DNA of 64,000 nt from Octopus sinensis (GCF_006345805.1 NC_042998.1:205840001-205904000), one strand, 5' to 3'. Positions 50,141 to 64,000 are shown, counted from the first letter of the stretch. The notes: generated by a model from the sequence alone, not told the origin. Numbers and translations: made by a program.

Positions 50141-51908
50141 GCACTTTGATTCTATATATATGTGTGTGTATAGTTCAAATTTATAAAAAAAACAAAGATG
50201 AAGACAGGTGTAGGAACAACAAGCTGGCATAGGTTGGATGGTTCGACTGGGGTCTGGGAAGCCAGGAGGCCGCACCAGGCTCCAGTCTGATTCGGTAGTG
50301 TTTCTACAGTTGGATGTCCTTCCTAACACCAACTACTTCGAGAGTGTAGTGGGTGCTTTTTATGTGCCACCAGCACAGGGGCCAGAGGGAGCTGGCATTG
50401 ACCATGATCGGATGGAGCTTTTTACGTGGCATAAGGGGTTTACAAAGATGGACATTGTCTTTAGGATAGACACAATTCTATTGGAGTGCTCTATTATCAT
50501 CATCTTCATTGTTGTTATTTTCACATGTACTTTTCCATGCTTGATTGAGCCTAAAAGAATTCATTGAGGCAGATCCTCTGGGGTGGGATACTCTTCCTAC
50601 TGCCAACTTTCATGTATTCTAATCCTTCAGACATCGACAGCACGCAATGACCAGACATACTCTCAGGGAAGATCACAGACAAATGTCACCAATTGTATGG
50701 CAGTGATGTTTGTTAACAACCATCATCTGATGTCAAGACAAGGACACGGGGACAAACTCACACTGAACACCTTTTTTTTAGTTTTTGTCTACCAAATTCA
50801 CTGACAAGGCTTTGGTCAGCCAAGTTTATAGTAGAAAACACTTGACCTATGTACAACCATTTAATTACTAGACTAACTAAAATCCATCAATTTAATTAGT
50901 TTCCACAGAACCCAAACAATAGGTTTTCAGGAGAGAGGAACTTATGTCTAAGAGTTGAGAATCCAATATCTTCTCTATTTGACCATTTCATATCTAGTTG
51001 TTGTTTTGCTCCAGATCAGCTTAATCAGGCAGACTAATGGTCAAAGGCATTCCATCCTTGACGTTTCCCTCAGACTTTATATCTAGGATTATCCAGTGTT
51101 TCCTTCGGTTTTTTTTTTTACATTGTAGCATGTGATTTGAGGAAGATTCAGCAGCTATTTCTAGCAGGTTGAGTCAACCTGATTAGTCAATAGAGAGGTA
51201 TGGGGTGGTAGAGTCTGTTTCTATTTTTACAGAATTGTTTCCTTAACGAAATAATCAATATTTCTTTGTCATTGTTAACAACAGTTGTACGCGAAAAATC
51301 AAAACAGATAAAAGAAGGATCAAAATGAACTTTTATATTTTACTGACAGTTGTAGGGAGTTTGAAAGGTGTTTAGCAGTCACTTACCAAATCTTGAATGT
51401 ATAGCTTCTTTGAGCATTGACACACTAAAATTTCCCCATCTCGCAGCTAAATTGGTAGAAACCCACAAGATTCCCCAGCATCTTTCCAACAACAGCTTTG
51501 GCTACTTTTGTGGTCAACTCCTCCACCATCCATGCTTATAAAAACAGAAAACAAAGCAACATCCATGACTTTCAGAAACACTTTTCATGCTCAGAATTGT
51601 TCAAAACAAATGTGTTGGTTTTTTGCTGTCAGGACATTGTAGCCTTCAAAAATTCCATGTTTCCTGAAATTCACCTGCACAATCCAGACATGGCACCCGT
51701 TCCTCTTCCTGACTCTTTCGTGGTTTCTTTTTTTTTTTTGCTTTTGTATCTTATTCTGTCTCCTCTTGATTCACTCTAATAATTTCCGTTGCTGTCTTTC
51801 TTTACTTCTATGTCTACTCTTCTACATTTTCCAGTGAGTTCAAATGTACCTGAACACTGTGTATAATAAACTTGTCGTCACCGTTGTTGTTGCTGTTGCC
51901 ACCACTGC

Positions 51909-51951
<43 letters not shown>

Positions 51952-52827
51952 GTCGCCGTCGTTATCAAGGCTGGCAGAATCGTTAGCACACCAGGAAACA
52001 TGCTTAGTAGCATTTCATCCATCTTTGCATTCTCGGTTCAAATTCTTCTGAGGTCAACTTTATCTTTCATCTTTTGGGGTTAGTAAAATAAGTACCAGTT
52101 GAGTACTGGGGTCTACTTACTGTAATCTACTTACCCCTACCCCCAAAATTTCCGGCCTTGTACCAATATTTAGTCTCCTGAAAGTAGGAACAAAATCCAT
52201 GGAGCAAATTGATGATAATCCTGCTCTTAGCTATTCGTTATTTATTTATTTGTTTGTTTTAACTTCTGGGAAACCAACTTTTCTGTGAAAATCCTAAAAG
52301 AGGGAACAAGGCCCTGCCCTCTTAATGTTTCTCACTTCAATTGCTACAAGAGACACTTGTTTCCAGATAAACTTCAAAAGTAACATTTTAATTCTATCAC
52401 TTATTAAACAATTCCAAATCGTCAGCACACGACTAACAATACTAATTGGTATCTTTATAGAAAATTAATTTTTGTCACTTGCTATCTGACATTCAACAGA
52501 ACGGCAATTGATATCAATGGTAAATTAAGGTCTGAAGACAATACAAATGAATATATACTCACATGCATGCATACACAGAGGTTTCTTTCAGTTTCCGTCT
52601 ACCAAATCCACTCAAAAGGTTATAGTAGAAGACCAAGGCTATAGTAGAAGATGCTTGCCCAAGATACCATGCAGTAATACTGAACTAGGAACCATGTGAT
52701 TGGAAAGTGAGTTTCTTACCACCCAGCTATGTCTGTGCCATCCACATAGTCACGCCTGCACCAAAAAATTAGTATTAATTAATATTAATAATATCATAAA
52801 AGTAATAATTTCATAATAGTTATATAC

Positions 52828-53248
52828 ATGTATGGAACTCTCTTTTACTCTTTTTCTCTTTTACTCTTTTACTTGTTTCGGTCATTTGACTGTGGCCATG
52901 CTGGAGCACCGCCTTTAGTCGAGCAACTCGACCCCTGGACTTATTCTTTTTGTAAGCCCAGTACTTATTCTATCGGTCTCTTTTTGCCGAACCGCTAAGT
53001 GACGGGGACATAAACTCACCAGCATCAGTTGTCAAGCAATGCTAGGGGAACAAACACAGACACACAAACACATACACACATATAAACATATACATATATA
53101 CGATGGGCTTCTTTCAGTTTCCGTCTACCAAATCCACTCACAAGGCATTGGTCGGCCTGGGGCTATAGCAGAAGACACTTGCCCAAGATGCCACGCAGTG
53201 GGACTGAACCCGGAACCATGTGGTTGGTTAGCAAGCTACTTACCACTG
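52828..53248 (-). mobile_element. tRNA-derived SINE, family 2 head with (AAGAGTA)n-type tail
   Basis: tRNA-like head at the 53248 end, agtggatttggtagacggaaac core, internal (TA/TG)n, (ctctttta)n on the plus strand. Related copies at 26420-26790 and 46236-46510. Confidence 0.75.
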
Positions 53249-55335
53249 CATATGTATATATGTATGTATATATACACACACACACATACACACACACACA
53301 TACACACACACACACACATGCACACACAAGTTAATAGTTAAGTATAATCCAAATAACCGAAGGATGAGTAGTTATACTTTGGTCAATTATAAAAGAAGCT
53401 CTTTGCCAATCTGATATGTGTGTACCAAATAGGCATTTTATGATCCTCACAGAGTGAATAAATAATTATTTTAATCGTTTGGTGAATGAATCTAATTTAT
53501 TTTGTATTCAATGCAAAGTTATGCCATTCATGCAGCAAGTCTGGTGTTCATTCCTGTCTTCAGATATTTTCATTTGAAGCACAATCCCCACTTTTGAGAT
53601 AAATTTGCAACAAGGGGATGAATTTTCACCATTTGATGAATATGTCAACAACAAGGCAAATTTCCCATGCTCAAATGGGCTTTGTAAATAATGTCATTAT
53701 ATTATTTAGCAGTTTCAACTTCATAAGAATGAAGGACAACTCAGAATAATGAAACTGCAAGATATAAAAGATTCAGAAACAAACATAGCAAACAGATATT
53801 CCCATCATCAGCAGCCTGATGGATATCACTATGGTTTTTGACACCTGAGAAGCACCAGTCACTCAGTGTTAACTTAAATGCTGCCTGGGAATCACTAGAC
53901 TAGTAACAGAAGCTACACATTAGTGCAGGATGTCCATTATGTTTACTCCTGTTTACAATTATAAATACCAACATCAAATTGTGTTGACTTACAGCTATGA
54001 AGCTAGAAATTAAAATTGTCTATTTATAAAAAAAAAAAAAGAAATTATCCCCCGCCTCCATCAAAGGACAATGTTACCTCAAAATCTATAAAATAGAATT
54101 AGCAAACTAAATATATTGAACAAAACTTACTGTACCACTGATACATAACATGGAAAATAACAAACCCAAGGAATAACAACCCTAGCACTTCAAACTTATA
54201 AATTAATTAATGAACATTGATCAACAGATGTACTTTTTCACACTTTATAATACTATCCAAACATGAAAACATACAAAAAAAAAACAAACTGAATGTAAAC
54301 TAGTGGAACAATATACCTTTTAACCAAGATCCCCAAATCATGTGAAAGGTAATAAACTAGAAAAGATCCAATATTTATTAACCCTAGTTGTATAGTGCAA
54401 CTGTATACACACTTCTGACAAAATGTGGTAGGAGACAGCCATTATAAATAGACCAGTAGCCATTGTCAAGAGAAGGTTGAGAGTTGACAGTTCTAGTTGG
54501 TGTCTTGTGGAGCAGTGAGTGATAGTAAGATAGAAGTTAGTGTATTACTATTCCGGTACAAAGAGATACAACAGTATCTGATGACTAGTAACTATTGTAG
54601 CTACCAGCGTAAACAGCAACTACAGAACAATGGCAGTCACATATCACACCAGTGGGAAGAATCCACTTTAAAACAACCCTTTTGATACCAAACTGCCTGA
54701 ACCCAGCTGAGAATTTCAATGGTGAATAACACCAACACAGCCCAGAAGGGCTGAAATATTCTAGTCATATTTAAATGTGGACTACCTCCGAGGAAAGGTC
54801 ACTCAACTGACTGGCATTAAATCACTAACAGATTGACCCCTAATCTTTAGCCCACTGAACCTACTACTGTTCTGTCTCCCATTACTAGAATCACCTCTGT
54901 CCCTTACAGCTGTCTTGTCTCATACCTCCTCTCCTTGGCTCTTCTGAAACCACCCATCTCTCCTCTCCCTGTCATGCTTGTTGTCACCAAACCCCTAACT
55001 GCACCCAGTCCTTCTTCCCCCAGAACATTGACTCTGGAATTTCCTTCCAGATCCTGTCTTTTCTGCTGAAACTTTAAGAACATCAAACTCATTGGTCTTG
55101 GAAGGTCTCTTCTGGGCTCTGCCCCTTCCTCCACACTCAGCAATCAATTCTAATCAAAGAATTATTATTGCTTTTTCTACTTACGGCAGAGTTTATCAGT
55201 ACATGTGTCTGTATATGGTAATGTGTGTGTGTGTTTGTGAGTGTGTCTGTGCACATGAAAAAGTGTATAAGTGTGTATGCATATGGCAATGTGCATGTAT
55301 GTGTGTATTAACTTCAGTTTTTCTTTCTGTTGAAG

Positions 55336-55412
55336 GCAAACAAAATAGTGATCATTAACCATGTCTACACAAACCAGAACCTCAATGTTGAAGACACTTC
55401 TCGTTTGCTCAG
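55336..55412 (+). CDS. CFAP161: CFAP161 exon 6
   Basis: ttgaag|ANKIVIINHVYTNQNLNVEDTSRLL(S)|gtaaaa; matches ANAKILINHCHTNRGL; phase 0-2. Confidence 0.88.
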
Positions 55413-55499
55413 GTAAAACAGCTTTCTTAATTTCATTCCCACTTCTTTACTCATTGCTACTGTCACTGCTACACGTCCAAATCAAACTTTTTGATCAGC

Positions 55500-56230
55500 A
55501 ATCCAAATAGACAGTAACATGGGAGATAAAATCATGAAGCATATGAAAATGGGGAAATCCCCCTGCCCATTGGGAATCACCGCTGAGATGCTTAAAATAT
55601 CTGGTGTGGGTTAAGCTCTAGTCACCCGTATAGTTAATCAGGTTGTATATGAGGAAGTCATACCCAGAGCATAGCCACTAGAATCTGGATAGCCTGCCAC
55701 CTTTGTTGGTAACAAAGGGCCTCTCCCTCAGAGTGGAAAGCAAATTGTTTGATGCCTGTGTACAGATGGCCATGCTACATGGCAGTGAAATGCAGGCTGT
55801 GATCGCAGAGGACATGTGGAGGCTTGAAAGAAATGAAGTTGGTATGCTTCACTGGATGTGTAATGTCAGTGTGCGTATATGACAGAATGTAAGCATCTTG
55901 AGAGACAAACTGGCCATGGTGTGTAAGAGAAACCACTGCACTAGTGTGGTCATGTGATGCATATGGATGAGGACAGCTGTGTAAAGAAGTACCGATCTCT
56001 AATTATGGAGGGAACCTACGGAAGAGGTAAACCCAGGAAGACATGGGGCGAGGTGTTGAAGATTACACCCATTACATTCTTGGAATGGTTGGCATTAGGA
56101 AGGGCATCCAACCATAGAAACCATGCCAAATCAAACTTGAACCTGCTGCAGCTCTCTGGTTTACCAGTTCCAGTCAAACTGTCTAACCCATGCCAGCATG
56201 GAAAACGGACGTTAAATGTTGATGATGATG
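55500..56230 (+). mobile_element. Decayed RTE LINE with internal deletions
   Basis: AMLHGSE, MMHMDEDSCVKK and GRGKPRKTW motifs, 3' UTR and (GAT)n. Confidence 0.75.
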
Positions 56231-56629
56231 TTTTCCAAATAACATTCACATGTAACTCTGCTTTCTCATTCGTTTACACAATCCCTGTCAGTTCTCTATC
56301 TGGTACCTTGTAGTTATAAAGCTGTCACTGAGGATCCCTAATCAAACTGTGTCAGCTATTTTCCGCCATAGCTACAGTTTTGGTTTCAAGTTTTAATAAA
56401 GAAGAAATCTTTGTCAACTAGTTGCATCATGTTTACAAAATGTAGTTAATTGTTGGTTTGTGCTGATACAATTAGACATGTTGAACTTATAAAAACTATG
56501 TTGAGACTAGGAACATAGCATTTCAAATGTCTGCTGTGCTGCTGCCATTCTTACTGGATTAGATAATTCCGTTTTGTTGCAGCAGCTGTAATATGTTTAC
56601 TCCTTCTGTTGACTAAATCTCTCTTTCAG

Positions 56630-57104
56630 CACTGAATATAATGCTGATTATGAAATCACAGCACACACACTTCTGGATGAACATAAAGCTGAGAAAGAGC
56701 AGAACCTTTGGCTTATAACCACCAGAGAACCTGAAGGAATTGCTTTACCTCCTCGATGCTTGAAGACACCTCCTTCTCCTGTTGTTCCTTGTATAGAGGA
56801 AACTATTCCTGCTGTGAAAGAAGCTGAAACCAAGCCTGCAGGTATTTGTTCTTTAACCATTTCTGAGGAAGAGAGACAAGGTATGGTCCATGATCTTCAA
56901 AATGAAGAATCGAGATTACACTCTCAATATATTGATGAACATACAAAAGACCCTCGCTATCGAAAGAAGGTTGAATTTGCAGACCCCAACAATAAAGAGG
57001 ACCTTCCCTGCAGCAACTGCAACATTAGCAACAACAGCAGTAATAACCACAATAAGGATGCTGTTGCCCCAACTACAACACCTGCTGAAGCTAGTAAAAT
57101 GTAA
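56630..57104 (+). CDS. CFAP161: CFAP161 exon 7 (terminal; includes the C-terminal extension and TAA)
   Basis: ctttcag|(S)TEYNADYEITAHTLLDEHKAEKEQNLWLITT matches STYFGKEAEVVAHTYLDSHRVEKPRNHWMLVT; open to stop 57102-57104. The seven exons total 1188 nt = 395 aa plus stop. Confidence 0.85.
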
Positions 57105-57849
57105 TACAACAGCAACAACAATCACTTCCATTAAAATATTGAAACCATCATAAACCCCTCCCCCATCACCATGACAACAACCACAAATACAGCAACTCCA
57201 GTTCTTTTGTTAATTAACAACAATGAATTAAACAATGTGAACATCATTATTATTAATAGCAGCAATTATTAATCCATCTTCCAATTACAGTGATTGCTAA
57301 AGTAATTAGCCACACTAATTAATATTCTGTAGTTGAAACTTTGATATTTTAGAGATGATAAACATTAAACAATTGTTTAAATTTATCTATAATTTTCAAT
57401 TCAATGGTTTTTTTTTTTTTTGGGGGGGGGGTTGTTGTTTTATTTTATTTAAGTTTGAAATTGTTGTTAGCTGTGGCCATACTGGTGCACTTGTACCGTT
57501 TTAAGACAACTAAAGACAAGATGATCCAGGCTGGAATCCTTTAATCACAGGTCTACTTCATCAGGTGTGACACTAAACATCATCGTCATCATCATCATCA
57601 AGAACAACAATAGGTTTTGGTGAGGTTGATAAGCTTCTATGAAATTAAGATGTTGTTGTTTCACCTTTGGTCATCTGATTTGATATTAAAAACATTCCAG
57701 CCATGATTTTAGCATATTGTCTTTTATTCAGACATTGTGTATCTAGGACTACATTGCCTAATGTGTCCTTCATTTCTATGTAGTGTGATTTAAGCAAGAT
57801 TTAGATGTTGTTTCCAGCAGCTTGTGCTTCTTCGTTAAACTACAATTGA

Positions 57850-57872
57850 AATAAATTTCATTTGACAATAAA
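57850..57872 (+). other. Candidate polyadenylation signals for CFAP161
   Basis: Two AATAAA (57850-55, 57867-72) ~750 nt after the stop; the region is AT-rich, so support is weak. Confidence 0.3.
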
Positions 57873-58409
57873 ATTAAGTTATAGAGGTTTTTTTTTCTTT
57901 TCACTTTGAATTTCAGTTTAACATTTTCTACTGTCAACAACTTTTATCATCATGTCCACCCTAAATTCTGCTGGAACCTCTTGAAGCACAAAAACTGGGT
58001 TTTTCTTTCTTTTTGTTTGAAGAATTTTGTCTGGAGGGGGGGGGGGCTTGTCTCCATGACCTTCCTAAGCTTTCCAACACTGGTTAAGTTGAGGACATTT
58101 ATCCCTAAGACCCTACACTGTCCACACTTCTCTCTCTGCATAATGCAAGAAATTTACTACAAGGCATCAGTGTCCAAATTAAGGGATGGTGGGCAGAATT
58201 ATTCTCAGTCTCATCCGCCAAAATATAAAATATAGTAATACATATTTTACCAATATTGAAAGGATGAGAGTAATGGAAGATTGCAAAGATAAAGCATTGT
58301 AGAAGCACTTGAGAATGAATGAAACTGAAAATAAGTGGGTAAAGAAAAGAATGCATGGACAATACCTCCACCTAAGCAAAGGCAGAGGTAATAATGATAA
58401 TAATAATAA

Positions 58410-59460
58410 TGCAATTGCATCACTTCAGTATGGAGTTGGAATCATAAACTGGCAAAAGAAAAAAACTGATGAACATGGAAATGAAGACAGTGCATGGAGC
58501 CTTCTTCCCTGCTAGAAACGACACCAATCGGCTGCTCTTGTCTAGAAGGCGGGAGAGGATTGTGTAGAAGCAGATGAAAGCAGCTTGGGGTGGGATGTTA
58601 AAAATACCATGGAACCATTGGTGAAACATGGGAAGAAGTCTGGCATCATCAAAATTGATAATTGTGTAAAGAAAGAAAAACTTAAAGAGGAAAAGAACAC
58701 AAAAAAAGAAACAGCATGGAAGGAGAAAAAATGTGCAGTCAGTTTGCAAGAGATACAAACACCAAGACAGATACAGAAGACTATGGATGAGGAGTGACCT
58801 AAAGATAAAGACAAAAGCACTTGTATGTGCAACACAAGGACAAGCATTATGAACTATGTGAAGTGCAGAATCAACAACACTACCAAGAGCAACAAATACA
58901 GAATGTGTAGTGAGAAGAGTTAAACAGTATGGCACATCATTAACAAATGCCCAAAATTGGCACAACACTGTGGCAAGAATGATCCATTGGGAACTCTATG
59001 GAAATTATGGCCTACAAAGAGCAATGACATAGTATGAGCAAAGCCCAGAAGGAGTCACCGGGAATGAAGGTTGCAAAATCCTGCAATGCAATGATTCAGT
59101 GTGACCACCTGACCAGACATTGGAAAGCAGATATTATTGTGGTGAATGAAAAAGAAAGAACTTGTATGATGACCAACATAGAATGTCCAGGTGAGAACAG
59201 GATCAAAGAAAAAGGGGAAGGAATACTGGAACAACTGTGACGATTTGAAGCAGAAAATACGAAGGTTGTGGTCAATGAGGAGAGGAGTTAGACGTGGTAC
59301 CAATAGTAATTGGTGCACTTGGAAGTATCAGCACTCAACTACCAACATGGCAGAAAAAGATTGGTACAAATATAAAGGTAGAACACCTACAAAAGTCAGC
59401 ATTGCTTGGAACTGCAAGAATTCTTCATAGGGTTCTTGAAGCATAACCAGTAACCACGTA
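58410..59460 (+). mobile_element. Decayed R4/Dong-like RLE-type LINE
   Basis: LQYGVGIINW, CRMCSEK..TVWHII..C, DIIVVNEKERTC and PIVIGALG; begins right after (AAT)n. Confidence 0.75.
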
Positions 59461-60187
59461 TCACCTTTGCCTACTGACTGTGGGCAGCTGACACTTTCCA
59501 ACTAAATAACCTGAAAGTTTTTATCAAATAATAATAGTTTCAAGTTTTGGCACAAGGCCAGCAATTTCGGGGGTTGGGGTGCTCGTCTATTACATTGACC
59601 CCAGTGTTCAGCTGGAACTTATTTTATCGACCCCTGTCGACCCCTATAGCATTTGAACTCAAAATCTAAAGTTGGTAGAAATGCCACGAAGCATTTTGCT
59701 CAGTGTGGTACAAATTTGAGAGCCAAACATTTTCAAGAGGGATTCAGACGCAATACTTCACCTGATTTGACTTGGTAGACCCCACTCCTGCTCTGTTACC
59801 AGCACAAGATTACCCACCATCTTTGCAACAACAGCCTTGGGCCTCTGTTTTGAATTCCATATGTCTGACACTCGTGAACATACTTACGAAATTAAAAAAA
59901 AACAAAACATAGCACCCACAACTTTCAGAAACACTTTTCCATGTTCAGAACTGCCGAAGCAAGAAATAAATTACCTGTTCTAGTTGTTGGCTGTCTGGAC
60001 AATTCATCCTTCAAAACTTCCGTGGTTCCCGAAATTCACCAGCAGTACACCTGATGCCCCCCACTTTTGGGAGTTTTTCAAACAACTCAGTCACTGTTCA
60101 TTTTCTATTTTAGGTCCTGTTCATTTTCTATTTTAGGTCCTGTTCATGCTTTATCGGCCACCTTTTCTTGTGAGCACAGTATACATC

Positions 60188-60625
60188 TTCCGTTAGAGAC
60201 GGCCCGTAGCGCCCGGGATTACGCCAATTCACCCTGGCTTATAACTCGTAACTGCCATCTCAGCTTGTTCCATCGATGGAGTAGTTTCTCCATAGCGCAA
60301 GCCTGGGCGGTAGAAACGAAGACACTGGGCTGCCCAGACACCAGAATCTCCCTCTCGGCCCCCCAGACATAATCCAAAGGAATGCAGTGCAGTACGTTTG
60401 GAGTCTGGTTGGCTGCAGGAGTTGCCGGAAAGGGGTCGAGATTCGACACCCTACCGCCTTCGGGGCTCCACTCCGGATTTTCTGTCTGGGTTTACTCCCA
60501 TAGCCTTTCTCTCTCCCAAGAGCATCCACAAGGCAGCGGAGCGAGGGTTTGGAGTCAGAGTTTTCCTTCTCCTAGACTGGCTGCCAACCAAGGCTAACGA
60601 GCCCAGTCTGCCCATCTGGTTATAC
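60188..60625 (-). mobile_element. GC-rich fragment resembling an RTE-clade 5' UTR / non-autonomous element
   Basis: Minus strand gggcagactgggctcgttagccttggttggcagccagtctaggagaaggaaaactct, recalled as an RTE 5' UTR motif (not searched); CpG-rich; a 21-nt piece is shared with 62380-62400. Confidence 0.55.
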
Positions 60626-62003
60626 CGTATACAATAAGTTCATTATTCATCTCACATATATTATTGGGTGTTTGCATACATACATATATACATACCGACC
60701 TATTTCTTTATTGATAAGAAAATATTCTGTGATATCACAGTTCCTTATCAACCTTCAACACAGTTTCTAAGCAATGTAAGGGAAGTAAATCAAAATAAAA
60801 GCACAGTTATCTCCCTTGGATAAAATTTGGTTTTAAAAATATTTTTAATGAAAAGGAAATTAATGAACCCATAATGAGGAGGAAGATTTGTACTCCTTTA
60901 TTCTTAAACAGCTGGTACTACACGAAATTTCCGTTGCTCCCCATGATATTAATTCGCTGTCCTCCCCCACCCATTTCCGACCAAATTTATTTATTAAGTT
61001 TTTTTTTTTTTGCCAAAAATTCCCGTTTCCGGAAAATTGCCAAAAACCGGCATTGTGAAATTCCCCCCCTTCCCCCCGCCCCCAACTTCAATTTTGTCCT
61101 TTTTCCCCAACATTAACCCTAAAACCCTAAAACCCTAACTATAAGTACAGAAATGTTTTGAAATTTTTCTCTGAATCATAACGTCCGTATTTTTCCGCAT
61201 ATTTTGAAAAAAAAAATTCCGTAAAAAGTTAAAAATGAAGGAAGTGGGGGTGGTAATGTCAATTTTTGCCAATTGTTTTGCAGGTTCGTATTTCCCATAG
61301 CCGAAAAGTGGGGGTTTGAGTCGAAAAAAAAAATTTTTTTTTTAAGGGTGGTTTGTGGGGGGGGGACTGGTGGCAGTCTTGCCTTTCCCTGTATTGTTGT
61401 TGTAGGATGGTGTCTGTAAATCTCTGTCATTCTCAAAGAGAACAAAATTCATATTTAGATGCTGCACAGAATATCGTCAGTGAACATTTGGCGGTCTCGA
61501 AGCGACGAAAATATATTGACAAATTAAATTGAAATGTTGAAGTGAATCTAACGGTTTTTGTGTGTTTTTAAATGGCTTATAAACACCTTCCACGCCGCAG
61601 TTGATTAGATTTAGTCTTTCTCCTATAAAACAACCTGCAATGATTTGTAATATTTATGTAAAGCATTTGTACATTATTAAGAATACAACAGGTGCCACGG
61701 CCACAACACAGTTCTGTTACTAAACAGAGAACGCAGCTGTTACAAGTTTATTTACTGATATGGCTCATAGAATTACTCGGGTGTCTTACATCCACATTTT
61801 AGTCCCCTTTTCAAATCTAGAATGTGCTGCCTATAAAGGCAATTATAGCAACATGCATACCTACACACACACATACACAGACCTGATATTGTTCTGTGGG
61901 ACAGGGAATAAAAGTCACGCCCTGTTGTAGAGGTCAGCTGCCCATATCAGATATGAATGTAGAATGAAAAGTCCAGGAAAGTAAGACCGTTTATGTCAAA
62001 CGA

Positions 62004-62240
62004 ATGCTGAATTTACAGCTCTTGTGTCCTGACTCTGAATTCTCATTTGTACCCATCATAATAGGCACATTAGGTTGCGGACCAACTTATGTGCACAAAA
62101 CCTTAAAAACACTTGGTTTCAAAGAGAAAGTGCAAAAGAAACTGATGCGGTTTCTACAAATCCAGTCTGTTAATGGCACAGTGAAGATTTGTAAGGCATT
62201 CCAGAAGTTCTCCATGTTAGAATCTTATGTGAATAGATGT
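62004..62240 (+). mobile_element. RLE-type LINE C-terminal relic
   Basis: FSFVPIIIGTLG...LQIQSVNGTVKICK resembles the PIVIGALG...LGT..I terminus. Confidence 0.5.
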
Positions 62241-62414
62241 AAACACTTGGGTGTATACATCGACAGTTCAACCCCAACACACCAACTCAACCACATATTT
62301 ACAAACACCGGGAACTCTCTTCACTGAAATTGTGTTGTCGTTTGGTTAGCAAACAGCTTGGACTCTCTCCAGAAGAACTTGTTCCATCGATGGAGTAGAT
62401 TCTCAAAGAGAAAT

Positions 62415-64000
62415 CATACATACATACATAAATGCATACATACACACAAACATACATACACACATACATACATACAACATACATACATACATACATACAT
62501 ACATACATACATACACACATACATACATACATACATACATACGTGCATGCATGCATGCATGCATACGTTCATACATACATAAAAACATACATGCAACCAT
62601 CCATCCAGACATACATACATACATGCATGCATACATACATACAAACATACATACGTACATGCAAGCATGCATACATACATACATAAAGGCATACATACAT
62701 ACATACATACAAACGTATGTACATACATACATACATGCATGCAGACATACATACATACACACATACATACATACACACACACATACATACACACATACAT
62801 ACACACACACAGCCATACACACATACATACATACATGCATACGTACATACATTCATACATACATCTATACATACATGAATACATACATACACACATACAT
62901 ACATACACACATGCATACATACATGCATACGAACACACATACATACATACATGCATGCATATATGCATACATATATGCATGCTGCATGCATACATAAATA
63001 CACGCATGCATTCATGTATGCATACATACATACATACATGCATACATACATACGTCCGTATTACGTACATGCATGCATGTCTGATTACATACGTACATAC
63101 ATGCATACATACATACATACATATGTACGTAGGTACTACATACATACGTACGTACGCACATACATACATACATACATACATACATGCACACATACATACA
63201 TGCATACATACATGCATACATACATGCATACATACATACATACATGAGTACATACATACATACACACATACATACACACATACATACATACACACATACA
63301 CATATACACACATACATACATAAATGCATACATACATACATGCATGCATGCATACATACATGCATACATACATACACACATACATACATCCATATATACA
63401 TACATACATTCATGCATACATGAATATATACAGACTTACATACATACAACACACACACAAACATATACATACATACATACACACATACATATATGCATAC
63501 ATACATACATACATACATCCATGCATACACACATACATTCATGCATACATACATACATACATACATCCATGCATACACACATACATTCATGCATACATAC
63601 ATGCATACATACATGCATACATACATGCATACATACATGAATGCATACATACATACATACATACATACATACACACATACATACATACATGCATACATAC
63701 ATACATACAAACATACATACATACATACATACATACATACATACATACATACATACATACATACATACATACATGCATTCATACATACACACATACATAC
63801 ATACACACACACACAAACATATACATACATACATACATGCATACATACATATATACATATATGAATACATACATACATACACACATACAAACATACACAC
63901 ATACACACATACATACATGCATAAATATATACATACATACATACATAGGTAGATGCATGCATGTATGCATGCATACACACATTAATGCATGCATGCATGC
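62415..64000. repeat. Degenerate (CATA)n/(TGCA)n simple-repeat tract, at least 1.58 kb
   Basis: Direct reading; it accounts for all the MYVC/HTYI pseudo-ORFs. Confidence 0.98.

Noticed and set aside
54730-54765. Hairpin agccc-agaa-gggct followed by GAAA
   Set aside because: It resembles hammerhead stem II, but there is no CUGANGA upstream.
60094-60147. 23-bp tandem duplication
   Set aside because: An ordinary local slippage duplication with no further structure.
61113-61140. taaccctaaaaccctaaaaccctaac as a telomere remnant
   Set aside because: Only about three imperfect units inside a homopolymer-rich repeat-like block; the family could not be assigned.
62299-63998. Many long ORFs (up to 331 aa) of MYVC/HTYI repeats
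   Set aside because: They are translations of the (CATA)n tract, which lacks stop codons in several frames.

Overview
Repeat-dense animal genomic DNA; the RTE/SINE/(CAT)n repeat landscape looks like an octopus-type cephalopod (inference). Two genes sit head-to-head near 29 kb. One is exon 1 of GOLPH3 (minus strand, ATG 28953); no downstream exon was found, so intron 1 appears to run off the left edge. The other is a complete 7-exon CFAP161 (C15orf26) gene (plus strand, 29716-57104, 395 aa, with a long C-terminal extension). The 762-bp spacer carries YY1- and CRE-like motifs near GOLPH3 and an RFX X-box next to the ciliary gene. The rest is transposon relics (RTE, L1/Tx1, CR1 and R4/Dong-like LINEs, Gypsy, mariner/Tc1, MITEs, tRNA-derived SINEs) and simple repeats. 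Best leads: (1) a type I hammerhead ribozyme core in the loop of a ~115-bp-arm fold-back at 23959-24280; (2) a ~30-copy, 50-bp hairpin minisatellite with TTAGGG/CCCTAA arms that grew out of the last codons of an L1/Tx1 ORF2; (3) an inverted pair of dead RTE LINEs sharing stop codons, with 280-bp perfect-identity and 257-bp near-identity patches. All alignments were done by eye; no database searches were run.
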